Below, in pieces: positions 48,725-59,434 of a DNA stretch of 64,000 nucleotides; the first letter of the stretch is position 1, and every line of letters starts with the position of its first letter. The translations under genes were made by a program, and so were the position numbers. Where the stretch lies: the NCBI GenBank assembly GCA_965242965.1, contig OZ251518.1:4704001-4768000 (forward strand), in the 5' to 3' direction. The notes beneath the pieces were generated by a model. The model saw only the letters and a list, made by a program, of their open reading frames with translations. It had not been told where the DNA came from and did not search any database. This DNA comes from Candidatus Poribacteria bacterium. Its GTDB lineage: Bacteria; Poribacteria; WGA-4E; WGA-3G.

Positions 48725-51274
48725 CTATTTCTTTTTGCCGAAATGGTTGGCAATCTGCACCAGATCCAAAATATTGACGGTGCCATCGGCGTTGATATCA
48801 GCGTTGGGATTTGGATTAGGCGCGCCCGGATTCCCAATTTCTTGCGCAACTTGCACCAAATCCTGAATATTTACCTCGCCATCTTCATTCAGGTCGTATT
48901 GAGCAGTAGATGCGGTGGTGGCATCGTCTACCTCAAAGCGAAGGGTTTCCGTAAAATCCACCCGAAGAGTGTTCTCTGCTTTATCCCGCACTGTCATCTC
49001 AGCAAGTCCCCATGTGCCGGGGATACTCCCAACCGGTAAAATAATCGTTTGATGGTAGTCGTGATAGACAGTCGGATCTCCGGAAAAATAGACCTGATAA
49101 AAATCCGGTCCGTAATGTCTAAAGAAATGTGTCACACCCTGCGGGTCGCGCAAATACATCGCGTTTGCCGCATAGCCACTGATATTATCCTTAACGCGAA
49201 ACTTAATGTCAACCCGCGTTTCCCCATTTGGTGCTTCAGGTTGCGTCGGTTCTGCGTGAATGCGAATCCTGTTCACATCCAGCACCGGCGGGGTGACATC
49301 CGGACGTGTCGTTACGATATCAATGGTAGCCGGAGGTTCATCAATTACCACCTGTTCGTCCCTCAGAGCGTGCCCTGGGTTCGTAAAGTAGACTCCTCTC
49401 TCGTTTAAGGCAACATCCACCATTGCGATATAAGGGACAGTGTAACTCCCGCTAGGGAGGTAATCAGGCACTTTAAGTTGAACGCTGGCCACGCCAGTCT
49501 CTGGATGATATTCACCCCATTCCTCGGCGCGCCGAGAGTAGGTTTCAGTGCTTGCATCGTTCAATTGCGCATAGACTCCGCTGATACCGGTTTCTTCAAA
49601 AATCCGCCAAGAGACGGTGAGAATTTGGAGAGGTCTTCCGGCTTCAGATGCTTTTGACAAACTGAGGCGCATTGAATTTTTGACGTAATCTGGCGGTTCA
49701 TCATCCGCCAAAGGGTTGTTGACGTAGAGTTTCCACCCGAAATCGACTTGGGATTCGTGCCGTTCATTGCCTTGGGCATCCCGGAGAGTAATTGCGTCCG
49801 GTGCCCAATAGCCATTTGCCGCGTAACGCGACAACGTCTCCCATCCGCGCAAGGTGTGCCCCGCATGAACCCGCTGTCCATCTGCGCTGACTGGGTAAAC
49901 CCATAAGTCAAAGAAGGTGCCTTTATCACTAAAAACCCTGATGGGAGCCGCTTGCGCGGCATCAAACTTACCTTCTCTGTGAAGTTCTAACTCTACGATT
50001 ATCTTTTTATCTTCTTCAGGTGCCCCGTGAACCTGTATATCCACCCGAATAATCCGTCCTGGATAGACGACATCGGGATACAGATTGTAGACCTCAAACG
50101 TCAAATCTGGGCGGATGCGCGAGATATAACGGGTCCCGTGCATAATCCGATTCTGAATAAAAGTGTATTTGGCCGGTGCGCGCGACCGTAATTTATCCGG
50201 GTTGACGACGTAAAAACTGATGCTCTCTGCCATGTCTTCATTCGGATTTTTTGCGTGCGCGTAGGCAGATACGAACTCAGTCTGCTTGGTAGTAGCCCAG
50301 CCATCGGCATCCTCCGGGCTCTCATACCAGCCGCCCAGTTGGATCCAATCTTGCTTGAGCCGCCGGTCGAATAGGTTTGCCCACAAAAAGTGTGCCTTTT
50401 CATGCAAAATCAACCGGTGAATATAGCCGGCATTTTGCCCTTTAAAAGCGGATTCCATGAACTCAATGTAGCCGTTCTCCGGCCACGCGACCGCGGGTGC
50501 GCCCGGATAAAGCGGATGCGGGGTTCCATCTAGCCGCCGTACCAGATATTTCAGTCCCGGAGTTTTGTGCATTCCTTGGGGAAATTCCTCCAGCATCGTG
50601 ACAAGCGCGATGAGCTCTTCTGCCTTGAAAATTGTAAAGCGTCCCGCGTGTTCAGCAGTCGTGGCTTGGGTGAGTTTGCTATAATTCGGAACGTCTAAAC
50701 TCACACCGTAGCGTTCCCGCAATATCCGTTCAATAGCGTAGTTGTCCGTTCCATCTTGTGTGACGAACCTCACTACAGCATGATGAAGCCTTTTTGAGAA
50801 GAACCTACCCCTCACGCCATCAATCTCGGCTAACAGGGGTTCGGCATACGTAAGTGCCGCTTCCGCAATTGTGACAATTCTCAGGCCGTTCTGAAATTCA
50901 ACTGCAATGTCATTTTGAATATGCCGTTGGCTCAATCTCCACAAAGTCGGCTGCACTGTGGAGTCACTGGCGTAAAAATCGTTCATCGGTTGCGGAACGG
51001 ACTCGAAGGTTTGGAATAACCGATAAGCCTGCCCCGCGCTCCATTCAGGACCGAGGTAAACAGAATATCGTCTCATCAACTGCAAAGATGCACTGTGCGC
51101 CGGAACCTGCACCGGTTCGTCTACCAATCTAACTTGCACAGGTTGAATGAGACTCGCGCTTTCAGTTCCTTGCGGGGTGGCATCTATCTCCCAAGAATAG
51201 GTATAAGCACCACTTTGAAAAACAATACCGCAAAAAAGGAGAGCCGAAATCAGCGTCAGTTGCAGGGTTTTCAT
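48725..51274 (-). CDS. Secreted zincin-like metallopeptidase-domain protein with a dockerin-like C-terminus
   Basis: Signal peptide; ILHEKAH, FVSAYA...PNEDMAES; repeated beta-sandwich modules; DLNEDGEVNIQDL and DINADGTVNILDL. Confidence 0.75.
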   Translation of the reverse strand: MKTLQLTLISALLFCGIVFQSGAYTYSWEIDATPQGTESASLIQPVQVRLVDEPVQVPAHSASLQLMRRYSVYLGPEWSAGQAYRLFQTFESVPQPMNDFYASDSTVQPTLWRLSQRHIQNDIAVEFQNGLRIVTIAEAALTYAEPLLAEIDGVRGRFFSKRLHHAVVRFVTQDGTDNYAIERILRERYGVSLDVPNYSKLTQATTAEHAGRFTIFKAEELIALVTMLEEFPQGMHKTPGLKYLVRRLDGTPHPLYPGAPAVAWPENGYIEFMESAFKGQNAGYIHRLILHEKAHFLWANLFDRRLKQDWIQLGGWYESPEDADGWATTKQTEFVSAYAHAKNPNEDMAESISFYVVNPDKLRSRAPAKYTFIQNRIMHGTRYISRIRPDLTFEVYNLYPDVVYPGRIIRVDIQVHGAPEEDKKIIVELELHREGKFDAAQAAPIRVFSDKGTFFDLWVYPVSADGQRVHAGHTLRGWETLSRYAANGYWAPDAITLRDAQGNERHESQVDFGWKLYVNNPLADDEPPDYVKNSMRLSLSKASEAGRPLQILTVSWRIFEETGISGVYAQLNDASTETYSRRAEEWGEYHPETGVASVQLKVPDYLPSGSYTVPYIAMVDVALNERGVYFTNPGHALRDEQVVIDEPPATIDIVTTRPDVTPPVLDVNRIRIHAEPTQPEAPNGETRVDIKFRVKDNISGYAANAMYLRDPQGVTHFFRHYGPDFYQVYFSGDPTVYHDYHQTIILPVGSIPGTWGLAEMTVRDKAENTLRVDFTETLRFEVDDATTASTAQYDLNEDGEVNIQDLVQVAQEIGNPGAPNPNPNADINADGTVNILDLVQIANHFGKKK

Positions 51275-51345
51275 CGTTTTCACCAGCTTTCGTAAGCCTG
51301 GGAGGCGGCGGCCATGGCATCTCACGTCCATGGCCGCCGTGACAA

Positions 51346-53142
51346 TTATGCGCGACTCTGGCGCAAGCGCGCTTCAAGTGCCGCTAACTCCTCCGACAAC
51401 ACCGCCGGCAACCGCTCGCCGAAACGCGCGTAATGCTCTCGGATAGAGCCGATTTCGTTCAGCCACTCTTCTACATCAACGTTCAGCAGTTCTGCCATCT
51501 GCTCTTCGGTGACATCCAAGCCGTCCGTGTCAATCCCGCCGGTGGCAGGCAGGTAACCGATAGGTGTCTCAACCGCTTCCACTTTTCCAGTGACGCGTTC
51601 GACAATCCATTTCAGGACGCGGCTGTTTTCGCCGAAGCCGGGCCACAGCCAGCCGCCATCGGCATCCTTCCGGAACCAGTTGACATAGAAAATCTTCGGC
51701 AGCTTGCTTGCATCGGTGCTTTTACCCATCTGCAGCCAGTGCGCGAAGTAGTCACCCATGTTGTAGCCGCAGAAAGGCAACATGGCCATCGGGTCGCGGC
51801 GGAGTTCCCCCACCGTCCCTGCCGCTGCTGCTGTCCGTTCCGAAGACATCGCGGAGCCGATGAACGTGCCGTGCTGCCAATTGAACGCCTCATAGACGAG
51901 CGGCACTGTCGTTGCACGTCTGCCGCCGAAGAGAATCGCCGAGATGGGCACCCCCGCGGGGTTCTCCCAGTTCGCATCGATGATGGGACACTGCGCGGCG
52001 GGTGTGGTATATCGCGCGTTCGGATGCGCCGCGGGCTTCTCATCGCCGGGGTGCCACTCTTCGCCGAGCCAACTCGTTAACGTCTCCGGCGGTTCCTCCG
52101 TTTGCTCTTCCCACCAGACATCGGTGTCGGGAGTGAGTGCCGCGTTCGTGAAGATGGAATTTGATGCCAAAGTATGCATCGCGTTCGGGTTGGTGTGCAT
52201 CGAGGTGCCGGGAGCAACGCCGAAGAACCCGGCTTCGGGGTTGATAGCATAGAGTCTGCCATCTTCACCAATTTTCATCCACGCGATGTCATCACCAATG
52301 CATTCCGCTTTCCACCCCGGAATCGTCGGTGTGAGCATGGCGAGGTTCGTCTTACCACACGCGCTCGGAAACGCCGCGGCGACATAAGTCTTCTCGCCTT
52401 CCGGGCTCGTCAACCCGACGATGAGCATGTGTTCCGCCATCCATCCATCATTTTTCGCCATGACAGACGCGATGCGGAGCGCGTAGCATTTTTTACCGAG
52501 CAGTGCATTGCCGCCATAGCCGCTCCCGAAGGACCAGATCGAACGTTCCTCCGGAAAATGGACGATGTATTTGTTATCCGGATTGCACGGCCAGACAACA
52601 TCCTCCTCTCCCGCTGCAAGCGGCATGCCGACGGAGTGTAAGCACGGCACAAAATCGCCATCTTCGCCGAGGACATCTAACACCGCGCTGCCAATGCGCG
52701 TCATAATCCGCATGTTGACAACGACATAGGGCGAATCGCTAATCTCCACCCCAATTTGCGAAATCGGCGAACCGAGCGGGCCCATGCTGAACGGCACGAC
52801 ATACATCGTTCTGCCCTTCATGCATCCCTTAAACAGCCCTTTCAGCGTCGTTTTCATGTCGGCCGGATCGTGCCAATTGTTAGTCGGTCCCGCTTCCGTT
52901 GGGGTTTTCGCGCAAATGAAGGTGCGCCCTTCAACGCGGGCGACATCTTCCGGGTTCGAGCGCGCGAGATAACTTCCGGGCCGCTTCGTCGGATCCAACC
53001 GAACAAAAGTGCCTTTTTGGACGAGTGCCTCGCATAGCCGTTCGTTCTCTTCCTGCGAACCATCGCACCAATAGATATTATCAGGTTGACACAGCTGGGC
53101 GGTTTCTTCCACCCAACTGCGTAGTTTCTCGTTGTTTGTCAT
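51346..53142 (-). CDS. pckG: Phosphoenolpyruvate carboxykinase (GTP)
   Basis: [49 protein letters not shown]. Confidence 0.98.
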   Translation of the reverse strand: MTNNEKLRSWVEETAQLCQPDNIYWCDGSQEENERLCEALVQKGTFVRLDPTKRPGSYLARSNPEDVARVEGRTFICAKTPTEAGPTNNWHDPADMKTTLKGLFKGCMKGRTMYVVPFSMGPLGSPISQIGVEISDSPYVVVNMRIMTRIGSAVLDVLGEDGDFVPCLHSVGMPLAAGEEDVVWPCNPDNKYIVHFPEERSIWSFGSGYGGNALLGKKCYALRIASVMAKNDGWMAEHMLIVGLTSPEGEKTYVAAAFPSACGKTNLAMLTPTIPGWKAECIGDDIAWMKIGEDGRLYAINPEAGFFGVAPGTSMHTNPNAMHTLASNSIFTNAALTPDTDVWWEEQTEEPPETLTSWLGEEWHPGDEKPAAHPNARYTTPAAQCPIIDANWENPAGVPISAILFGGRRATTVPLVYEAFNWQHGTFIGSAMSSERTAAAAGTVGELRRDPMAMLPFCGYNMGDYFAHWLQMGKSTDASKLPKIFYVNWFRKDADGGWLWPGFGENSRVLKWIVERVTGKVEAVETPIGYLPATGGIDTDGLDVTEEQMAELLNVDVEEWLNEIGSIREHYARFGERLPAVLSEELAALEARLRQSRA

Positions 53143-53246
53143 TCATTTCTCCTTTTGAGGCGCGCGTTCCAAGCGCGCCTACGGTTATTAAATCAAAAGC
53201 GGTGTTCGGTTTTTCCTGCACCGCAAACAGGTTTCCTTGCAACAAC

Positions 53247-53519
53247 TTAACGATAGGCATTCCTGCGATGTTTGATGCGATAAACGTCAATCAGGCGATG
53301 CCGTTCATCTATCTCATAGAGGACTCGGTAAGCTCCAACGCGGATTCGCCAATGAGAACCAGCCTCCCTTGCCAGTTTAACTGCACCACGTGGACGCGGG
53401 TTGTGTGCCAAACGCTGTAAAACAGCATTAATGCGATCGATGGCACTTTGCGGCAATCTCTGTAATTGCCGTTCGGCTCGTCCTTCCAAACGGACGCTAT
53501 AAATCGCCGGTGAATTCAA
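53247..53519 (-). CDS. RelE/ParE-family toxin
   Basis: NPRPRGAVKL...WRIRVGAYRVLYEID...IKHRRNAYR. Confidence 0.9.
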   Translation of the reverse strand: MNSPAIYSVRLEGRAERQLQRLPQSAIDRINAVLQRLAHNPRPRGAVKLAREAGSHWRIRVGAYRVLYEIDERHRLIDVYRIKHRRNAYR

Positions 53520-53722
53520 AGTTTCCCCTCTGCTTTCAACTCGGCACGAATTTCGCTATAGTCCCGAAAAGTTGTTTCGGATCTTACAGCGACATCCATT
53601 TCCAGCGTATCCTCTAAATCCTCAATGTGTTCTATCAGAAGGCGATATTCCTTCATGGATAGAACAACCGCAGTCTTCCGTCCTTTAGCATTCACCAAGA
53701 ATCTGGGATTGACAGTAAACAT
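53516..53722 (-). CDS. Putative antitoxin
   Basis: FLVNAKGRKTAVVLSMKEY...EDLED; overlaps the toxin start; GGAGG RBS. Confidence 0.8.
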   Translation of the reverse strand: MFTVNPRFLVNAKGRKTAVVLSMKEYRLLIEHIEDLEDTLEMDVAVRSETTFRDYSEIRAELKAEGKL

Positions 53723-53734
53723 GAATAACCTCCT

Positions 53735-53801
53735 TCTGTGCAAAATACTCACGCATGTTCTGCACAGAATATAGTATACCATAAATTTCGGCTTTTGTCA
53801 A
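53735..53801 (-). promoter_or_regulatory. TA promoter and downstream inverted repeat
   Basis: TTGACA, 17 bp, TATACT with extended -10 (53801-53773); TCTGTGCA/TGCACAGA (53735-53768). Confidence 0.7.
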
Positions 53802-53807
53802 ATCAGA

Positions 53808-55625
53808 TTAAAACGCCGCGCCCAAATTGATATGAATTTTCCCGCGCAACGCCGATTCACCCGCGGCGAGTCCATAATCCAACCGCAGGATGCCGCCCTT
53901 CGATTCCAGTCGCACGCCGAGGCCATAGCCCACGCGCACTTTATCAAAAACGGAGGGACGTTCGATTAGCGTTACCGCACCCACATCGGTGAAAGCGAAC
54001 ACTTGTGATGCCTGCCCAACCAGAAACCGATACTCCAATGTGGCATGCACACGGCGCGGACCGGAAAACCAATCCTCATCGTAACCGCGCAAAGTGTTCG
54101 CGCCACCGAGATAGAAAAGTTCCGTTGACGGGATGTTTGTGCCCCACGCGGCGGCACCGTGTAACTCTAGCGCAACCGTCTGATTCCGCCATGTCGGAAA
54201 ATATTGCTGGAGCGAAAGCCAGACTTTGCGGAGCCGGAAGTCGCTGCGCGAAATCTCAAACGCGATGCTGTCACGCCTGCCCCGGGTCGGGTTGAGAAAA
54301 TAGTCGCGAGTATCGCGCGTGAACTGCAGCGTGAGGCTATACTTCGTGCCGCTGTAGGCCTCCTGCGCTGAGAGGGGGATATTATATGGATATAGAAATC
54401 TGTTCCCACTTTCCGGGGGGAGCCCTGCCAGATTCTCCGATGGAAAGCCTGTTTCTGGGATGTTAATGCGTTTATAGCCTAGCGTCAGCACGCCTTCAAA
54501 GACGCTGCCAAAATCGGTTTTGCCGCTCAAACTGGCAGAACGCTCATCAGATTCTGCTTCCGTAACCGGGTTGCGCTGTCGAAGTTGCGCGTATTCTACG
54601 CCGATAGCTATCGGCTTCCCCAGTATCCACGGTTCCTCGTAACCGAGACGCAGCGTGCTGCGCAAACCTGTTTTCCAATAGAAGTTGGCTTGTCTCCCGG
54701 TGCCTAACAGATTGGTTTCGCGTGCCTCAAGGACACCGGTGAGCCGCGGCGCGGTATCTGCTTCCGAATCCGGCGGCGCGTAACCGATGACACCGCTCAG
54801 TCTGCCGGTGCGCGCTTCGGTTACCCGAGCGTGAAAGTTAACCGTGTCATCCGATTTACCCGCCTCTAACACATTCGGATTGATTTGATAGAAATACCCT
54901 AAATTCCTCAGTCGTCGGTAACTCGCGTCAATTTCACCCTGGTCAAAGCGTGTGTCCGGTTTAAGCGAGATTTCACGCAACACCACCGCTTCTTTCGTTT
55001 TCTGCAACCCGCTGACTTTCACTTCACCGATGCGTATTGGCACGCCTTCGCGGATATGCAACTGAAAATCCACGGTGCCCTTTTCCGATGAGAACTGAAA
55101 ATCTGTCGGTTCAACCTCAATTTTCGGATAGCCGTGTTCGCTGGACAACATCTGAATTCTCTCAATACCACGCGCCAGAGCGGTATCCGTGAAAAGTTGT
55201 CCCTCCCGTAAACCGAGGGCGCGGCGTATATCGTCTTGAGAAATCGGAATTGCGTGCGATGGATTCCAATGAATCGTTATCACACCCGTGCGGAGGCGTT
55301 TTCCTTCAACTACCTTGGCGATGAGGGATACCTGCTCTTTCGCAACGGCTGTAACTTCAGGCGTTATCTCGGCGAACACAAATCCCTCTTTCCGATATGC
55401 GGCCAGAAGCCGCTCAAAACCCGCAACAATTTCAGCACGAGTGTAGGTTTCTCCCACTTGCAACCCAAAACGGGTTTCCAACGTTGGCCTATTAAGGTGT
55501 TCGTTGCCTTCAAAGCGGATCTGGCGAATGCGATAAGACTGCGCCGCCTCTTCAACCTCGCACAGAACGTTTGTCAGGACAGAATAAAAAAGTAAACTCA
55601 GCAGTGCCAGCAGATGCACGCGCAT
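53808..55625 (-). CDS. BamA/TamA-family outer membrane protein
   Basis: POTRA repeats, ETNLLGTGR, YEEPWILG, FYLGGANTLRGY, C-terminal Phe. Confidence 0.9.
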   Translation of the reverse strand: MRVHLLALLSLLFYSVLTNVLCEVEEAAQSYRIRQIRFEGNEHLNRPTLETRFGLQVGETYTRAEIVAGFERLLAAYRKEGFVFAEITPEVTAVAKEQVSLIAKVVEGKRLRTGVITIHWNPSHAIPISQDDIRRALGLREGQLFTDTALARGIERIQMLSSEHGYPKIEVEPTDFQFSSEKGTVDFQLHIREGVPIRIGEVKVSGLQKTKEAVVLREISLKPDTRFDQGEIDASYRRLRNLGYFYQINPNVLEAGKSDDTVNFHARVTEARTGRLSGVIGYAPPDSEADTAPRLTGVLEARETNLLGTGRQANFYWKTGLRSTLRLGYEEPWILGKPIAIGVEYAQLRQRNPVTEAESDERSASLSGKTDFGSVFEGVLTLGYKRINIPETGFPSENLAGLPPESGNRFLYPYNIPLSAQEAYSGTKYSLTLQFTRDTRDYFLNPTRGRRDSIAFEISRSDFRLRKVWLSLQQYFPTWRNQTVALELHGAAAWGTNIPSTELFYLGGANTLRGYDEDWFSGPRRVHATLEYRFLVGQASQVFAFTDVGAVTLIERPSVFDKVRVGYGLGVRLESKGGILRLDYGLAAGESALRGKIHINLGAAF

Positions 55626-55839
55626 TGTGGTGTTTCCCTCTCGCGTATTTTATGGGACTATTTTAACACACAGGACGCGTTCAATGCAAACTAAATAGGA
55701 AGAAATTGAATTGCGCAAATTCTACCAAATTTCGCGTAGAAAAAATAAATTTGCTAAAAAGCGTAAAATGTGGTATTATATACTACAAACTTGCGAAACT
55801 ATCAATTATTTGCATTAGATTTTTGGAGCGACACAGATT

Positions 55840-57825
55840 ATGCCAAATGCCTTACTTGTCTATCCGGAGTTTCCGCCCTCGTTTTGGGGCTTTAAATACG
55901 CCTTGGACTTCGTCGGGAAACGATCTTCGATGCCGCCCCTCGGACTCTTAACAATCGCAGGGATGTTCCCTAAGCATTACGGGCTGAAAGCCGTCGATAT
56001 GAACATCGAACCGCTGACCGAGGCGCATCTGGAATGGGCAGATGTCGTCCTCACCTCAACGATGATTGTTCAGAAAGAATCGTTTTATGAAGTGGTGGAG
56101 CGATGTAATCGCGCCGGCGTGCCTATTATTGCGGGCGGACCGCACCCAACCTCTTACCACGACAATATCCGGGAGGAATGCGATGGCACCGTAGATCATT
56201 TCCTCTTCGGCGAGGTGGAAGAGACGTTTGAAGGGTTCTTAACGGACTTTGAGAGTGGCGCCGCGCAGGAAGTCTACCGCGAGACTCGCAAGCCGGCGAT
56301 TACCCTCGCGCCGCTGCCGCGCTATGATTTGATTGACATCAACGCCTACGGTTCGATGGCACTTCAATTTTCGCGCGGATGCCCGTTTAACTGCGAATTC
56401 TGCGACATCACGAAACTATTCGGGCGCGTGCCACGCACCAAGACGAACGAACAGATGCTCTCGGAATTCGAGATGCTCTACCAACTCGGTTGGAACGGCG
56501 CGATGTTTGTCGTTGACGATAACTTCATCGGCAATAAGCGCGACGCGATGCGCTTACTACCCGCTGTCACTGAATGGCAGAGAGAACGGAATTTCCCCTT
56601 CTCTCTCTATACCGAGGCAAGCGTGAACCTCGTTGAAATCCCGGAGATGCTTGACGCGATGAGCGATGCCGGGTTTAACATGGTATTCCTCGGCATTGAG
56701 AGCCCGAACGATACCGCGCTCCTCAGCACTTCCAAGGGACAGAACACCAGCAAGGACGAAGATGCCAGCAGTTACCTGCTCCGCGCTGTCCGGAAAATCC
56801 AGAGCAGAGGGATGGAAGTCACCGGCGGATTTATCATCGGGCTTGATGGCGACACGGAGTTTGACTCGCACATCGATTTCATTCAGGAAGCCGGCATCCC
56901 GATGGCGATGGCGGGACTGCTGACGGCGTTGAAAGAGACGGATCTCTGGCATCGCTTGAAACAGGAAGACCGGCTGCTTGTCGAATCTAGCGGCAACAAC
57001 ACCGATATGACGCTGAATTTCGTTCCGGAGATGCCGCGCGAGCAACTCTTGTCCGAATACCGCCGCGTCATCTCAACCCTCTATGATCCGACGTTGAAAA
57101 ACTATTTTGACCGGTGTCTCACTCTCTTGCAGCACATGCGTCCAACCGGGCACAATGTCAGGAGCATCGGTAAAATGGAGCTTACCGGCTTTATGCGCTC
57201 CATCCAGCGGCAACTTTTCTCGAAGCAGGGTATCGCCTATGCCCGCTACCTCGTGAAGGTGCTGAAGGACCATCGTGGCATGCTACCCGAGGCAGTGCGG
57301 CTAGCAGTCATGGGCTACCATCTGGAGAAAATGACGCGTCACACCGTCGCCGTTGAGGATTTCCGGAACCTCCTAGCCGATGAGATGGACGCGTTCAAGG
57401 CGCACATCGCGCAATTCGCAAAGACGCAAGGCGAGCGGATGAGCGAAGTGAGTCAATACGCGCAGCAACTCTCCACCCGTGTCAAGGCGGAATACGACAC
57501 GATTCATGAAGATTTCCGATACGCGGCGCACGAAGCACTCGCGGGATTCCAGACCTCGGTGTTCAAGGAATACCTTGAAGCGGAGTTTGACGCTTTCAAA
57601 GCGACGGTTTCCGGCTTCGCGAAGGCGCAAAGCGACCGGCTCGGTGAGGTGCAGTCTTACGTGCAGAACCTGTTCGCCCGCGTCCGCTCTCAGCACGAAC
57701 AACTGCACGACGATTTCAAGCATAACGTCCAAGAGACGTTTGACGCTTTTCAGGAGTCCGTCACGCGGCATTTAGAGCAACTTTTCGGGTGTGTCCCGGT
57801 GCAAATTGAAGAGTTGCAGGCGTAA
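55840..57825 (+). CDS. B12-binding radical SAM protein (DUF4070 type) with a C-terminal helical repeat
   Basis: MPPLGLLTIA, GGPHPT, SRGCPFNCEFCDI, VDDNFIGN, VFLGIESP. Confidence 0.92.
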   Translation: MPNALLVYPEFPPSFWGFKYALDFVGKRSSMPPLGLLTIAGMFPKHYGLKAVDMNIEPLTEAHLEWADVVLTSTMIVQKESFYEVVERCNRAGVPIIAGGPHPTSYHDNIREECDGTVDHFLFGEVEETFEGFLTDFESGAAQEVYRETRKPAITLAPLPRYDLIDINAYGSMALQFSRGCPFNCEFCDITKLFGRVPRTKTNEQMLSEFEMLYQLGWNGAMFVVDDNFIGNKRDAMRLLPAVTEWQRERNFPFSLYTEASVNLVEIPEMLDAMSDAGFNMVFLGIESPNDTALLSTSKGQNTSKDEDASSYLLRAVRKIQSRGMEVTGGFIIGLDGDTEFDSHIDFIQEAGIPMAMAGLLTALKETDLWHRLKQEDRLLVESSGNNTDMTLNFVPEMPREQLLSEYRRVISTLYDPTLKNYFDRCLTLLQHMRPTGHNVRSIGKMELTGFMRSIQRQLFSKQGIAYARYLVKVLKDHRGMLPEAVRLAVMGYHLEKMTRHTVAVEDFRNLLADEMDAFKAHIAQFAKTQGERMSEVSQYAQQLSTRVKAEYDTIHEDFRYAAHEALAGFQTSVFKEYLEAEFDAFKATVSGFAKAQSDRLGEVQSYVQNLFARVRSQHEQLHDDFKHNVQETFDAFQESVTRHLEQLFGCVPVQIEELQA

Positions 57826-57861
57826 ACACGCGTCTGCACGCGATCTGGATTCGGGGCCCTC

Positions 57862-59421
57862 ATGCCGTTTATTGAGATAGATAACCTTCATTTTACCTAT
57901 CCGAGTCGCGAGACACCGACGCTCCGCGGCATTAATGCCACCGTTGCATCTGGCGACTTTGTGTTGCTCACAGGCCCGACAGGCTGTGGTAAATCCACGT
58001 TACTGCGAACGATGAACGGCTTAATCCCACATTCTTCGACAGGAACGCTCAGTGGCAGCGTTCGCCTCGATGGAAAAAATGTGGCGGAACAGCCCATCGC
58101 AGTGACGTGTCGGCAGGTAGGACTCTTGTTCCAAAACCCTGACGAACAACTCTTTTGCACGCGCGTTGAAGACGAGATCGCATTTGGGCTGGAAAACCTC
58201 GGGCTCCCACCCGAACAAATCGCGCCGCGCATTGACGAGGCACTCACGCAAGTAGGCTTACACGGCTTCCGGGAACGGCGGATTTCAGAACTTTCCGGCG
58301 GCGAAAAACAGCGCGTCGCGCTCGCATGCTTCTGCGCAATGCAACCACAGGTGCTACTCCTCGATGAACCGACTAGCCACCTCGATGCTCGCGGGACAAG
58401 CGACATCCTTGACATCATTAAACGACTGAACACGACTCTAGGAATCACAACGATTTTAGCGACGCACCGCACCGCCGAAGTCGCGCCGTTATGCACCCGC
58501 GTCTGGCTCATGCACGAAGGCGAACTCTGCTTGGATAAACCGAAAGACGAGGCATTCACCAATCCTGAGCCCTACCACCGTCTGGGAGTCCAAGTACCGG
58601 TAGGAGAGACCTCCTGGTCTCGATGCAATACCCTTATCGGGACAAGGATGTCCCTCCTACCCCATGCGGGTGCGGTAGGCGAGCCCTCCCGGTCTCGATG
58701 CACCCCTTCCCTACTCCTCACTCTCCGCAACGTCAGTTTCCGCTATCCGAACACCGATGCCGTCGCGTTAAAACCGACTTCTTCCGAGGTTTGCCGCGGT
58801 GAAGTAGTCGCCATCATGGGCGCGAACGGTTCGGGAAAGACGACATTAATTCATCTCATGGCAGGTCTGCTTCGGCCATCAGCGGGTGAACTCAGCGTCG
58901 CGGATAAGAGGGTGAGTCGAAAAAAACGTCCTAAACTCCACCAACTCGCGGGAAAAGTCGGCATCGTGTTCCAAAATCCAGATCTACTCTTACAAGCCGA
59001 ATCCGTCACCGATGAGGTGGCTTTCGGCCCCAAAAACCTGAAATTAGCCCGCGCGTCGCTCCAAACCCGTGTCACTGATACGCTTTCGCGCTTCGATTTG
59101 GACTGTCTTGCCACCGAGGCACCTTATTCACTTTCACGCGGACAACGTCAGCGCGTCGCCGTTGCGGCAAACTTTTCGCTCTATCCTGAACTCTTTCTAC
59201 TAGACGAACCCACCACGGGACAGGACGCGCAACACCTGCATCAGTTGATGGACGAATTATGCGCTGAAATCAAGCGAGAAAACAGAAGCCTTATTTTCGC
59301 CACGCACGATGTGCAACTCACGTTAACCTACGCAGACCGGGTGTGGTTGCTTCGGGAAGGGGAATTGATTTTTGATGGGCATCCCGATACCGCGCCGTTG
59401 CAACAGGCTTCGTTAATGTAA
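57862..59421 (+). CDS. ECF transporter double ATPase (EcfA-A' fusion) with a REP-derived linker
   Basis: Two Walker A motifs (GPTGCGKST, GANGSGKTT), two FQNPD, DEPTSHLD and DEPTTGQD. Confidence 0.92.
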   Translation: MPFIEIDNLHFTYPSRETPTLRGINATVASGDFVLLTGPTGCGKSTLLRTMNGLIPHSSTGTLSGSVRLDGKNVAEQPIAVTCRQVGLLFQNPDEQLFCTRVEDEIAFGLENLGLPPEQIAPRIDEALTQVGLHGFRERRISELSGGEKQRVALACFCAMQPQVLLLDEPTSHLDARGTSDILDIIKRLNTTLGITTILATHRTAEVAPLCTRVWLMHEGELCLDKPKDEAFTNPEPYHRLGVQVPVGETSWSRCNTLIGTRMSLLPHAGAVGEPSRSRCTPSLLLTLRNVSFRYPNTDAVALKPTSSEVCRGEVVAIMGANGSGKTTLIHLMAGLLRPSAGELSVADKRVSRKKRPKLHQLAGKVGIVFQNPDLLLQAESVTDEVAFGPKNLKLARASLQTRVTDTLSRFDLDCLATEAPYSLSRGQRQRVAVAANFSLYPELFLLDEPTTGQDAQHLHQLMDELCAEIKRENRSLIFATHDVQLTLTYADRVWLLREGELIFDGHPDTAPLQQASLM

Positions 59422-59434
59422 AGGAAATACCCCT

